In this document: in pieces, positions 10,206 through 19,943 of the stretch
Numbering within the stretch: the first letter of the stretch is position 1
Layout of the letters: each line of letters opens with the position of its first letter
From: an uncultured virus (IMG/VR IMGVR_UViG_3300030328_001585)
Lineage: Duplodnaviria; Heunggongvirae; Uroviricota; Caudoviricetes
IMG/VR virus record: IMGVR_UViG_3300030328_001585
Strand: one strand, 5' to 3'
DNA length: 64,000 bases
Position numbers and translations under genes: made by a program
Notes under the pieces: generated by a model
Seen by the model: the letters and a program-made list of their open reading frames with translations, nothing else
Told to the model about the DNA's origin: nothing
Database searches by the model: none

Positions 10206-11798
10206 TTACCAGTATGCATTTGTTGTAAATGGAACTTTAGCATAATTTGCATTTGCCCAAGCGGACATAGAACTCATTAAGTTATCCATTGCTGTTTTTA
10301 AAGCAGCATCAGAACATTTAATGTAAATTTTATATACGTATTGGTCATTATCAAATACACCGGTTGGGTTGTTAAACCTTGGTACACTATGCTTAACATA
10401 ATAAGCTCTATATGTAGCCGTTCTGTCAACAGCAGCAAGTAATTCATCAGATAATTCTATTTCTCTGATTCTTGAACTGTCTGCGTTACCTTGGTTATAA
10501 GGGGATTGTCTATATCTTTCAGACATAATCAATTCTCTAATTACCTCTTCACCTTGTGTTTGTTGCATCATACCTGGAGTTCTTGAAGCTACACCACAGT
10601 CATTACATGGATTACCAGTTTCATCTAATGAAGATAAAATGATTTCCACAGGTTCTGCGTTATAGTGATCTCTAGTATCAAAAGAACAGTTACCAAATAC
10701 TGTATCAACATAAGCACCTTTTAATGTAACACATGCTGAAACTTTAGTAGCACCATTTGGATCAGTTGATGGAGTATAGTTACCCGCACCAGCTACACCA
10801 GCAGCTTGAGCTACTGTATATACAACATCACTTGCTACACCAGCAGCAGTTGTACTTGTTACAACAACACCACCTACAGTTAAACCAGCACCACCTGCAG
10901 CAACAGTTAATTTTCCGTTAGCACCACCAGTAGCAATTGTTACAACATCACCAACTACATACCCAGCACCCGCTTGTGCAATAGTATATCCGTTAGCAGC
11001 AATTGGTCCAGTAGCACCACCACCTGTAATAGCAGTAACAACTACTTTAGCATCTACAAACCCAGGTCTGCTAGATGCAGTAATAGCACTACCATTAGCA
11101 TCAACAGCACTTGTAGATAATTGAGTTGCAGCTACAGCATATCCTGTACCTGGAGTTAATGTTAAACCAGCCCCTTTTAAAAGACCGTCAACGTCACCTT
11201 CAGCAACAAATGGTGTAATTAGTGGATCTCCTGCTACATGATTTACATCACTTGCAGCTAAGCCATTACCAATAAGCATCTCTACCATTCTAGCTAGTAC
11301 TAATGCTGGATCAAGATACTCTTGACCATCAACACAACATACATTAGATGAGTCAGCAATTGCATATGCATTATGATTTAAGAATCTAAGTGCAGGTGAA
11401 CCCTTCACATCAATTCTTGCAAATTGTGTTTTACCACAAGGAGCACAATCTGATGCTAAACATAATTTAGCAGTAGCTTGAGTAGCTGTTTGACACGTAG
11501 CTCCCCATAATTCAGTGATATATCTAGGGTTAATACCTTTTGATTTTACTGATTCTTTGTACCCACCGTGGCCTGGGTTGTTCCCAATTGTGTCTTTAGT
11601 GTAGAAAGAACCTTGAACTAGGTAACCTAAGTCACCACCAGTAATAGCTGGGGCTCCCCCTGCTACTGCTACTGTAGTCCATGTTGGTCCATCTACAAGA
11701 CCAAACTGACCTGCGGTCAGTGCACTTGTTGTAACTCCGGCACCTGCCACGCTGCCTACAACAAACGTCTTGTTAAATGAATGATTAAAATAAGCCAT
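10206..11798 (-). CDS. Putative auxiliary (minor) capsid protein, crAss-like
   Basis: 530 aa with codon usage like a highly expressed gene and its own promoter and terminator; position after the MCP and ring genes matches crAss-like synteny; carries an Ala/Gly-rich internal insertion. Confidence 0.6.
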   Translation of the reverse strand: MAYFNHSFNKTFVVGSVAGAGVTTSALTAGQFGLVDGPTWTTVAVAGGAPAITGGDLGYLVQGSFYTKDTIGNNPGHGGYKESVKSKGINPRYITELWGATCQTATQATAKLCLASDCAPCGKTQFARIDVKGSPALRFLNHNAYAIADSSNVCCVDGQEYLDPALVLARMVEMLIGNGLAASDVNHVAGDPLITPFVAEGDVDGLLKGAGLTLTPGTGYAVAATQLSTSAVDANGSAITASSRPGFVDAKVVVTAITGGGATGPIAANGYTIAQAGAGYVVGDVVTIATGGANGKLTVAAGGAGLTVGGVVVTSTTAAGVASDVVYTVAQAAGVAGAGNYTPSTDPNGATKVSACVTLKGAYVDTVFGNCSFDTRDHYNAEPVEIILSSLDETGNPCNDCGVASRTPGMMQQTQGEEVIRELIMSERYRQSPYNQGNADSSRIREIELSDELLAAVDRTATYRAYYVKHSVPRFNNPTGVFDNDQYVYKIYIKCSDAALKTAMDNLMSSMSAWANANYAKVPFTTNAYW

Positions 11799-11892
11799 AA
11801 TTTGTCATTTTGTGTGAGGACCATTACCCTCACTGGTTAATAAAAAAATGATTTTAACAGTTTACTCTGTTTGTAGCTTTAATGCTACTATA

Positions 11893-11907
11893 ATAATATA
11901 CAAAAAA
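11893..11907 (-). promoter_or_regulatory. Putative late-promoter motif TTTTTTGTATATTAT
   Basis: Exact copy of the motif at 10107-10121, upstream of the gene starting at 11798. Confidence 0.6.
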
Positions 11908-11927
11908 TCAATGGATTCTACTATATA

Positions 11928-12635
11928 TTAATTATTTCTTTCTGCTGATGCTTGCCCTCTTTTTTGTTGATATAAGTTTTCTATATCTCCTGCAATTAAG
12001 GCTGCTGTGTCATCTAATATAACTTCTACTAAGTCATCTTTAAACTCACAATTTACATTCACTAAACTAATATTACCCGTATATGGATCTGTAACATTAG
12101 GTATTTGTATGTAAACTGGTTTTCTATAATAAGTTAATACAGGATTTACTATATTAAAATCAGTATTTCTATATATTCTTATTCTATTATCCAGCATAGT
12201 ACAGAATGTTTCTCCCCACTCAAAACTAGGATTCTTTAAAGGATCCCTTAAGATCAAAGGTACATTAGCTTCTTCAGCTAAATATACAGTCATTGACCTA
12301 GGTGTAGTACAACATTCTGTAGTTGCATCAGTACTTACTCTTTTATATTCTAAATATGTGTCAACCGGAAAGTTAGTAGCTTCAAAATATTCATCTGCTA
12401 CTGTTCCAGTTAAAGAGAGTTCAATAAGTAAAGGTTGTAAATCATCTATTCTTTTCTTAGATAATTCATCTCCTTCTTTATACATATTTCCTCCATGTAG
12501 ATTTCTTCTACACCACTCTAATTGACACTTGTTAAAGGCTTCAATAAATTGCCATGTTTCAATATTATCAAAATCATTACTATCTAATTTATTTAACCTT
12601 TGTTTTAGCTTAATTATAAGAGTACTATTTTCCAT
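11928..12635 (-). CDS. Tail ring / head-tail adaptor protein, crAss-like
   Basis: N-terminal 'RLNKLDS...FNKCQLEW...KRIDDLQPL' and C-terminal 'LTYYRKP...CE' pattern recalled from crAss-like ring proteins; synteny with the MCP. Confidence 0.6.
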   Translation of the reverse strand: MENSTLIIKLKQRLNKLDSNDFDNIETWQFIEAFNKCQLEWCRRNLHGGNMYKEGDELSKKRIDDLQPLLIELSLTGTVADEYFEATNFPVDTYLEYKRVSTDATTECCTTPRSMTVYLAEEANVPLILRDPLKNPSFEWGETFCTMLDNRIRIYRNTDFNIVNPVLTYYRKPVYIQIPNVTDPYTGNISLVNVNCEFKDDLVEVILDDTAALIAGDIENLYQQKRGQASAERNN

Positions 12636-12646
12636 TTTTTAATTTA

Positions 12647-13666
12647 TTATGAGTTCCAGTATGGTTCTACTTTAGCTAGCAATGAATCTAAAATTTCATC
12701 ATTTTCTGGTTTCATCAAATGCTCAAGACATTCACTTGGAATTTTACCTAATCTATGTCCACTATCTATAGGCTCAATCCACCCACCTGCTTTAGTTGTT
12801 AAAAATCTATAAAATAAAGCATCTTTTATTAATGCTCTTATTTTAATTTCTTCCATACTTACTCTTGCCGCATCTAAAAAGTTTTGAGCTGCTCTTTTCT
12901 TATTTGATTCAGTACCATTTCCATTAATATAATCATTCATGTTTTCATACATGATATCATTAGGAGTACTCTTAACATATTGGCTACTATTTACATCACA
13001 TATTTTTGCAACATACATTAGCTTACTAGTGTTACTATCAAATAGTTTTTCTAATTCAACAACTGCTTTATTTCTTAGTTTACTTAATTCTGTTCTAGTA
13101 CTAAGTGTTTCTTCTAAACTATCTAAATAAAATTTAGGAGCATTAGGAGAACTTTTTGCTTCTCTTAAAGACTTAGCTACTATTGAAAATCCACCTGCAT
13201 TAATAGCATGCAGTTTAATTTTATCATAAGGATCAATATCTGGATCTAAAAAGACAGGATCATTTCCACATCTGATAGATATTTTATCCCAGAATTTTGA
13301 GTTATCTGGCTTCATTATACTGAGCTTATTCCAAAAATCTTTATCATCTGGATCAACTACATTAGCTGCTAGTTCAGCTTCTAATTCAGCCACAACTTTC
13401 CTTATTTCTTTTATTTTTTCTTTCTTTTCTTTTGGTGGTAACATCTTTACTTCAGGAGCAAATTCATTTAGTCCTGTTACGTATCTTTTTACCCCATTCA
13501 TTTCTAAACATGCTAAAGATTCCTCATGGAAAACTCCATCATGCATAGATAATCCATACTGTTCTAATCCCATATTCTCTTTATTTGGATTAAAGAAAGG
13601 ACGGATGGCAACAGTACTTTGCCTTTTCCTTTGTTGGTATTTTTCTACAATAGTGTAATCACTCAT
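12647..13666 (-). CDS. Conserved protein downstream of the MCP (crAss gene-75-like), function unknown
   Basis: 339-aa ORF in the canonical position after the major capsid gene. Confidence 0.6.
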   Translation of the reverse strand: MSDYTIVEKYQQRKRQSTVAIRPFFNPNKENMGLEQYGLSMHDGVFHEESLACLEMNGVKRYVTGLNEFAPEVKMLPPKEKKEKIKEIRKVVAELEAELAANVVDPDDKDFWNKLSIMKPDNSKFWDKISIRCGNDPVFLDPDIDPYDKIKLHAINAGGFSIVAKSLREAKSSPNAPKFYLDSLEETLSTRTELSKLRNKAVVELEKLFDSNTSKLMYVAKICDVNSSQYVKSTPNDIMYENMNDYINGNGTESNKKRAAQNFLDAARVSMEEIKIRALIKDALFYRFLTTKAGGWIEPIDSGHRLGKIPSECLEHLMKPENDEILDSLLAKVEPYWNS

Positions 13667-13776
13667 AGCGTTTTGGTTTTAAAATTAATAATTGTTTCAG
13701 TCAAAAGTACATAATTATGTACATTCTTATTATTAAGTTTCTAAAGCAAGGTATTACCCTTGCTATAGTTATTTGA

Positions 13777-13974
13777 CTAAGTCAATACAACTTTTAAGTC
13801 ACCTGCGTTATGATATATGTCACCTTTTGATAATCCAGCAGCTTTAGCTGCAGTATCATTTGCATAATTCTTAGGTATCACATCCAAACCAAATGCTTTT
13901 GAAGAAAGGATTTTTGAAACACTTGAGTTTGAAAACTCATATGTTTTATTTGCCTTCTTAATGTCTAGTGCCAT
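13777..13974 (-). CDS. Small putative capsid-associated protein
   Basis: 65 aa; C-terminal YANDTAAKAAGLSKGDIY motif of a kind seen at the ends of phage and Flavobacterium fibre-like proteins. Confidence 0.65.
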   Translation of the reverse strand: MALDIKKANKTYEFSNSSVSKILSSKAFGLDVIPKNYANDTAAKAAGLSKGDIYHNAGDLKVVLT

Positions 13975-14002
13975 AATTTCTAATTTTTAAAGGTTAAAAA
14001 TA

Positions 14003-14030
14003 AAGGGAGGAGGTTTAACTCCCCTCCCTT
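14003..14030 (-). terminator. Intrinsic terminator after the major capsid gene
   Basis: AAGGGAGGAG/CTCCCCTCCCTT stem with a U-rich tail on the minus strand. Confidence 0.75.
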
Positions 14031-14044
14031 ATTTATTGTTATTC

Positions 14045-15664
14045 TTAGAATGATCCTCCCGTAATTGGGTTTCTCATTACAATTTTAAGAACTTTAGTTG
14101 GATCTTTAACCCAAATAGCTGGCATGGTTTGAGTCATATAAACTCTATACCCATTGAATTGTCCTGTTGAAGCAAATCCTTGAGTTCTTCCCATGTAGTC
14201 CATAGTACCGTTTTGGTAGAACCACTTAAGTTGATTATCCCAAGAAAGTTTTAACAAGTGAATGTTATCATTTCCTTCGTCAGTAACATCAAAGATAATA
14301 AAGCTAAATGAACTTAATGGTCTTCCATCAATTAATGGATTCTCAATGTCATTAGTATTTAAGTTATCAAATGCAGGATTTAATACAAACTTAACATTAG
14401 CTAAGAAAGGAATAGTAAAGCTTGTGTAAGCAAAACCATAATCAAGATCCATTCCTGAACCTGATACTGCTCCAATCTCAGAAGCATTTTGTACTAGACC
14501 TGAACCATACACTTCATCAGCAATAGCTTTGTTGATAAGTTGCATTCCACCAATACCTGTTTGTACAACAAGTGATCTTTGTGGATCTGGTCCTTTAAAT
14601 TCTACTTTACCTTGATAGAAGTTATAAAGTTCAGACTTAAACATGTCAAGAGTAAATGAAGACTTGTTGTAAACTCTTTTAAATGAGTTGTCTAACTGTG
14701 CCCATAAACCTACAGATAATCTAATATCATCCGGTCCATCTTGTTTAATTCTACCACCTTTACCCCACATTAGGTAAGTTTCAATATCTGTTGCAATTTT
14801 AGATAAGTGAGCTGCTTCCATATTTGTAATGAAAGTTCTTGTCAGAGTCCCATTTTCAAATGCTTCTCTAGCACCCGCTTTACCCATATTTGCAACTAAT
14901 CCTTCAATACTAGGTACTGATGGATTGTTAGGGTTGTTGTCAAAGTTTCTCCATATCTCAGTAACAGGAACTGTACCATCAGCGTTTAATCCGCCTTTGA
15001 TCATTAAGTCTGCTCTTGAAGAAATTGAATAGTGTACATGAGCTTCTGCTCCTCCTACAAAGTTGTAGAATTCACGGAAACCAGAACCTGTTTCAATATC
15101 AGAGAATCTTTCACCATACTCTCCTCTAGCTGAACCTTTTCTAAAGTACTTAGTTCCTTTAGCAAGATATTTTGCATCTAGAGTAGCTGAATTGTTATTG
15201 TTAACTAATTGAACGGTATAAACAAATCCATCACCTGCAGGAATAATATCTGCAGCAGTAATGTATAGTTCTAATCCATTATACTTATCATAAGTAATAA
15301 TGTCACCATGTCCAAAAGTTCTTTTGTTGATCTTAATCTGAAAAGTAGTTCCGTCTACACCCTTGGAAGTATTCCCTGGTTCAACATCTTGTACTATATA
15401 CGGAAGATCTTGTGCAATAGGAGTTTGCCACTTGTACTCACCTCTAGCGTTATCCACCATGATTGTATTCTTTCCACCAAAAGAAGCCATTTGATATAAA
15501 GGCATTTCTACCTTCTGAGTCATTGCCCATAAGTCAATTGGTCCCATATCCATAGGCTCAGCGTTGCCAAGCATTTGGGTAAGGTGATAAGAATCAACAT
15601 GTGAACTAGCTTTATAGCTTGTATCACGTAGGAAAATCCCATTATTTAAAACTGGAGTTGCCAT
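14045..15664 (-). CDS. Major capsid protein (crAss-like, HK97 fold)
   Basis: 539 aa; follows portal and scaffold; strong codon bias and a terminator; 'LMWGKG...GLWAQL' segment typical of these MCPs. Confidence 0.85.
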   Translation of the reverse strand: MATPVLNNGIFLRDTSYKASSHVDSYHLTQMLGNAEPMDMGPIDLWAMTQKVEMPLYQMASFGGKNTIMVDNARGEYKWQTPIAQDLPYIVQDVEPGNTSKGVDGTTFQIKINKRTFGHGDIITYDKYNGLELYITAADIIPAGDGFVYTVQLVNNNNSATLDAKYLAKGTKYFRKGSARGEYGERFSDIETGSGFREFYNFVGGAEAHVHYSISSRADLMIKGGLNADGTVPVTEIWRNFDNNPNNPSVPSIEGLVANMGKAGAREAFENGTLTRTFITNMEAAHLSKIATDIETYLMWGKGGRIKQDGPDDIRLSVGLWAQLDNSFKRVYNKSSFTLDMFKSELYNFYQGKVEFKGPDPQRSLVVQTGIGGMQLINKAIADEVYGSGLVQNASEIGAVSGSGMDLDYGFAYTSFTIPFLANVKFVLNPAFDNLNTNDIENPLIDGRPLSSFSFIIFDVTDEGNDNIHLLKLSWDNQLKWFYQNGTMDYMGRTQGFASTGQFNGYRVYMTQTMPAIWVKDPTKVLKIVMRNPITGGSF

Positions 15665-15731
15665 AATAATTGATTGTTTTAATTGTTAATAATTGTTTTC
15701 ACTCTATTTAATTTACTTAATTAAATTTCTT

Positions 15732-17063
15732 TTACATTCTTTTAAAAATGTTGCTGGCTCTTTGTAATTTTTTCTTTCCGGTTGTTCTTGAGGATGATGG
15801 TTCTTTATCTTTAATACCTAAAGAACTTCTTCCACCTGCATTAGCTTGTTCTGTTTTTAGTTTTCTAACAGTTGCCTCAACACTTTTTTGTGCACCCTTC
15901 TGCATTATTTTATCTTTATATCCTACTGGATCTTGCAATAACCATAATGCTTCAGAAATCAAATCATAATTTGGCTCAACAAATTGATATTTTTCTAGTA
16001 AGTGTCCTAATAAATTAGTATTTCTACCACTTACTGATGGATATGAAGGTGATACTAAACCATTATATAACATGGCTTGGGTCTTCTTATCAACTTTAAT
16101 ATCTCCTATCTTTCCATCTTTTAATGTATTATATACATTTTTCATATATTCTTGAGATGCTTGTTCTTGTTGCTTTCTCTTCATTTCTTGTTGCTGAAGT
16201 TTTTGAGCAACAACCTTTTCTTGCATCTTATCTAATTTAGGTTTAAACTTTGAAGCTTGTGTTTCTAGCTTACCTAAATCTTTCCATATTTCTATTTCTT
16301 CTTGGATCTCTTCACTTGTTCCATAACCAGTTGCACCTAAGTACTCAGTTATAATTCTTTCCTGATCCTTTTCATTTTTTATATCTAAAGATCTATTTTC
16401 TTCTACTGCTGAGAGTGTTGAAAATAAACCTTTTAAATCTTGTCCACCGTCTGCAACATATCTTGCTGCTATTTGTAACTCTTGTGGCAAGCTGTCAAAG
16501 AACTGTTTTGGTGTTTCACGTCTTACTTGATTAGCTTTTTCATCTAAGTTAGCTTGTACAAGTTCTTCCCAATCTTTAGCCGTATATTCTTCTAATGGTT
16601 TATCATCATCAAAAGGAACTATCTTATCATCCTTTATTAGCTTAGTAAACACATCAGCTATACCGTTAATTGGTTTTCTACCTTTTTTTGCTTTAACAAC
16701 ATCTTCTTCAGTTTCATCATCTAAACTATCTAGTATAGTACTAGCTTCTTCTTTAGGTTTTGATTCAACTTTTTCTACTTCTTTGCCTTCTTCAGCTTTT
16801 ACTTCTTCAGCAGTTTCTTTAACTTCTTCTGCTGGAGCTTCTGCTGTCTTAGCTGTTAAATCATCTGCGTCATCTTTATCTGGATCAGCAAATGTAAAAT
16901 CTGATTTTTCATTTCTTGTAAAGATACTTTTTTGTTTAGGAGACTCTTTACTTTCCTCCGGTAAAGTTATGGCATCACCTCCTGGTGCTGCACTGAAAAT
17001 CTCATCTAAATTAATATCTAAGGTTTCCACTTTACTATTCATAGTTTCAACTTTTGAACTCAT
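15732..17063 (-). CDS. Putative capsid scaffolding protein
   Basis: Acidic low-complexity N-terminus, coiled coil, basic C-terminus; lies between portal and MCP. Confidence 0.7.
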   Translation of the reverse strand: MSSKVETMNSKVETLDINLDEIFSAAPGGDAITLPEESKESPKQKSIFTRNEKSDFTFADPDKDDADDLTAKTAEAPAEEVKETAEEVKAEEGKEVEKVESKPKEEASTILDSLDDETEEDVVKAKKGRKPINGIADVFTKLIKDDKIVPFDDDKPLEEYTAKDWEELVQANLDEKANQVRRETPKQFFDSLPQELQIAARYVADGGQDLKGLFSTLSAVEENRSLDIKNEKDQERIITEYLGATGYGTSEEIQEEIEIWKDLGKLETQASKFKPKLDKMQEKVVAQKLQQQEMKRKQQEQASQEYMKNVYNTLKDGKIGDIKVDKKTQAMLYNGLVSPSYPSVSGRNTNLLGHLLEKYQFVEPNYDLISEALWLLQDPVGYKDKIMQKGAQKSVEATVRKLKTEQANAGGRSSLGIKDKEPSSSRTTGKKKLQRASNIFKRM

Positions 17064-17161
17064 AATTATGTTGGTTTTAATAATTAATACTTTCTATATA
17101 TATAATATAAGGAATGTTTCTTTAATTAAACTTATAAAATTTTAAAAAAATTAAAAGTTTT

Positions 17162-17180
17162 TTGCAGTATATAGCTAACG
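17162..17180 (-). promoter_or_regulatory. Conserved motif CGTTAGCTATATACTGCAA (second copy at 30681-30700, plus strand)
   Basis: Differs from CGTTAGCTATTATACTGCAA by a single inserted T; both copies lie just after a stop codon and upstream of a promoter-like element. Confidence 0.55.
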
Positions 17181-17181
17181 G

Positions 17182-19932
17182 TTATTTTTTGTCATCAGAT
17201 TTCTTGACATCATACTTATTTTTGTTCTCACGTGCAATTTCAAGTTTAGTATTAGCAATATCTCTTTGTGCAGCTATTTTTTCTCTTTCCACATCTAATC
17301 TACTACTTTCCATACTTTGTTTAGCACTATTCTCTTCACGCTTTAGATTCATCTGTTCTCTATACTGTGTAGTCTCTCTAATCTCTTTCATAGCATCCTG
17401 ATAATCAGACTGTTGATTTTGATTTAGATCAACCATAGATCCATAACCAGCTGATCTAATTTCAGCTAATGTAATATCATTCTGTCTATCTTTAGCATTT
17501 TCTTCAATTTCAACTTGCAGTTTCATTTGTTCTTCTTTTTGTTTAGCTTCAAGTTGTTGCTGTTGCATTTGTTGTGCTTGTTGCATTTCTTGTTGACGTT
17601 GAGCTTGTTGTCTTGTTTCTGAATCTTTTAAGATGTCAGTAACTTCAGCAATAGAATCTGCTTTTACAATATTACCTAATTCATAAATACTTGCTCCTGT
17701 TGTATTATTAGTAAGAGCCATTTGTTTTAGATTTTCTAAAATTGCTCTATGATTAGTTTTAGTAGTAGCAAAAATATTGAAATCTCTCATCAATAAATCC
17801 GTACCATTAATAGTGAAGTTAACTTTCTCAGCTTCTGTAGATACGTAAGAAAGTCTAACACTTGGATTATTACTAGAATAGTATTGTGCTAGGTCAGTTC
17901 TCATTTGATGTACTCTTGGCATTAATTGATCTGAATGCTGTACAAAATACATCTCTGTTTGAGCGTATGACTGTTGCATGGCTTGAACTACCCCTGTAGC
18001 CGTTTGAGCTGATACAGCCCCTCCTAGACGTTGAGGATTAACTCCTATAGAATCAAAACATTGTTGTTTAAAATAATTAGCCAATTGTATTCTAGACATC
18101 AACCTATTTGTTTGCTCCATATTTAGAGTTTGGTAGTGATTGAAGTTGGTTGCATTCTCAGTATTAGTAATTGAAGTATCTAAAGGAAGCATTTGAAAAT
18201 CTTTCATTGCTACCCACGCTTTAGCATAATTATTTTTACCCCAGTCTTCTCCCATTGAGTGACGTGGTAAAGCATTTTGATCAAACATTATTACTGTTCC
18301 TAATTCATCTATTAGAATGTCTGCAATTTGGTTATTAACCATATTGTAACCAACTTGATATGCCTTCATTAAATCTACTAATGAAGTGGATCTGGTATTT
18401 CTATCTGAGAATACTCTTCCTTCAACAGGAAGTTTACACCCATATAGTGTATTGTTTCCTTTAAATTGGAAAGGCAACCTACCAGGTTTAGTTCTATTTA
18501 TTCCTATATATATTGGGTTTATATTATCACCCATTGTAGATCTCCACATAGCTGGTAAATTTGGACCAATTTTTACACCACCCCAAACTTCATTAATCCA
18601 TATCCATTCTATATGTTCACCTTGTAATAAATTTTCTTTAGTTTTATTTTTAAATATTGATGTATCATATATAGCTTTTTCAGTTATTTTAAATGTTTCA
18701 TCAACTACTTCTTGAGTAACTTCACCATCCATTTCAATTTTAGTTAGATGACCTAATTTACGTTGAGTCTTCCAATAGATAGTAGATACTCTCATTAGAT
18801 TACCTTCATCTAATGGAGTCATATCTTCACTCTGATCTAAGATCTCACTTAATATGTCACCACCTATTGCAGGATCATTCCAGTAATTACTTGTATATTG
18901 TCTATATGCTAATCCAGGCATTTGTGTATTCCATGCATGAGATCTTGTAGCATCATAATAAGCACCATCATTTTGATAACCATTTACTTGATATTGTGCA
19001 GATCTAGCTGGATAAATTCTTTGTAATGATTCAAGTTGTTTATTATCCATTAAATATCCATACCTATCTACAACATCAGAAACTGTCATTAGATCTACTT
19101 TTCCTACATAGTTTGAATCAGCAATATATCTTTGATCAGGAGATTTTTGATAGAAGGTTAATACAGGATTCCAAAGCTCTACATCATAGTCATCTTCTAA
19201 CATACGGAAATGCCAGAATTCTCTATCTGCAATAAGCATATCTCTGAATCCTCTTTCTTCTAGTTCTTGCATATGAAATCTTTCTTCATCTACTGCAAGT
19301 TGATGAGAAGCCCATTCTTCAACCATACTCCTATAAGACTTGCTAAAGAAGTCTTCAATTTGTGGAAGAGTTTTTAAATTTTCTGGGGCAAGTTGTTGTT
19401 GAGCTTGTTCAGATCCAGGATCCATTCCCATCTCAACCATTTTCATTGTAAGTTGTTTTTCAGCATCAGCTAATAATGCTTGTTCAACCTGCATTCTTTT
19501 TTGTTCTAACATCTCATTATAGGATGCATCATCTACAGCTCTAAATTGAACCTTAGAATATCTCTTAGCAAATTCTCCTGTAAGTACATTAACAACATTT
19601 GGAATGATAGGATAAAATTTTAACTCTAATGCAGAATCATTTTCTTGAGTTAATACATCCATTAATTCTTTATAATCATTGTCTGGTTCAACAATGTAAT
19701 CTGACTTATCTATAATCCCTTTTGCAAGTTTATAATTCTTTAATAATCTTCTTGCATTTAAACGTAAAAACTCTATACCTTGTAGTTCTAACCAGTCCAG
19801 ATTCCATGCCGCCCAGTCATCAGTTTTTTTAGAAAAAGGAAGAAATTGAACGGGTTGTGTTAAGCTTGAAAATGTAGGTCCACTCTCCGCTTTAGCCCCA
19901 TTCTTTAATTGCATTGCATTTAATACTCTCAT
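17182..19932 (-). CDS. Portal protein (crAss-like)
   Basis: 916 aa adjacent to TerL; 'YPIIPNVVNVLTGE', 'SLVDLMKAYQ' and 'GVNPQRLG' motifs; Gln-rich C-terminal coiled coil. Confidence 0.85.
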   Translation of the reverse strand: MRVLNAMQLKNGAKAESGPTFSSLTQPVQFLPFSKKTDDWAAWNLDWLELQGIEFLRLNARRLLKNYKLAKGIIDKSDYIVEPDNDYKELMDVLTQENDSALELKFYPIIPNVVNVLTGEFAKRYSKVQFRAVDDASYNEMLEQKRMQVEQALLADAEKQLTMKMVEMGMDPGSEQAQQQLAPENLKTLPQIEDFFSKSYRSMVEEWASHQLAVDEERFHMQELEERGFRDMLIADREFWHFRMLEDDYDVELWNPVLTFYQKSPDQRYIADSNYVGKVDLMTVSDVVDRYGYLMDNKQLESLQRIYPARSAQYQVNGYQNDGAYYDATRSHAWNTQMPGLAYRQYTSNYWNDPAIGGDILSEILDQSEDMTPLDEGNLMRVSTIYWKTQRKLGHLTKIEMDGEVTQEVVDETFKITEKAIYDTSIFKNKTKENLLQGEHIEWIWINEVWGGVKIGPNLPAMWRSTMGDNINPIYIGINRTKPGRLPFQFKGNNTLYGCKLPVEGRVFSDRNTRSTSLVDLMKAYQVGYNMVNNQIADILIDELGTVIMFDQNALPRHSMGEDWGKNNYAKAWVAMKDFQMLPLDTSITNTENATNFNHYQTLNMEQTNRLMSRIQLANYFKQQCFDSIGVNPQRLGGAVSAQTATGVVQAMQQSYAQTEMYFVQHSDQLMPRVHQMRTDLAQYYSSNNPSVRLSYVSTEAEKVNFTINGTDLLMRDFNIFATTKTNHRAILENLKQMALTNNTTGASIYELGNIVKADSIAEVTDILKDSETRQQAQRQQEMQQAQQMQQQQLEAKQKEEQMKLQVEIEENAKDRQNDITLAEIRSAGYGSMVDLNQNQQSDYQDAMKEIRETTQYREQMNLKREENSAKQSMESSRLDVEREKIAAQRDIANTKLEIARENKNKYDVKKSDDKK

Positions 19933-19943
19933 TCTTTTCTTTT

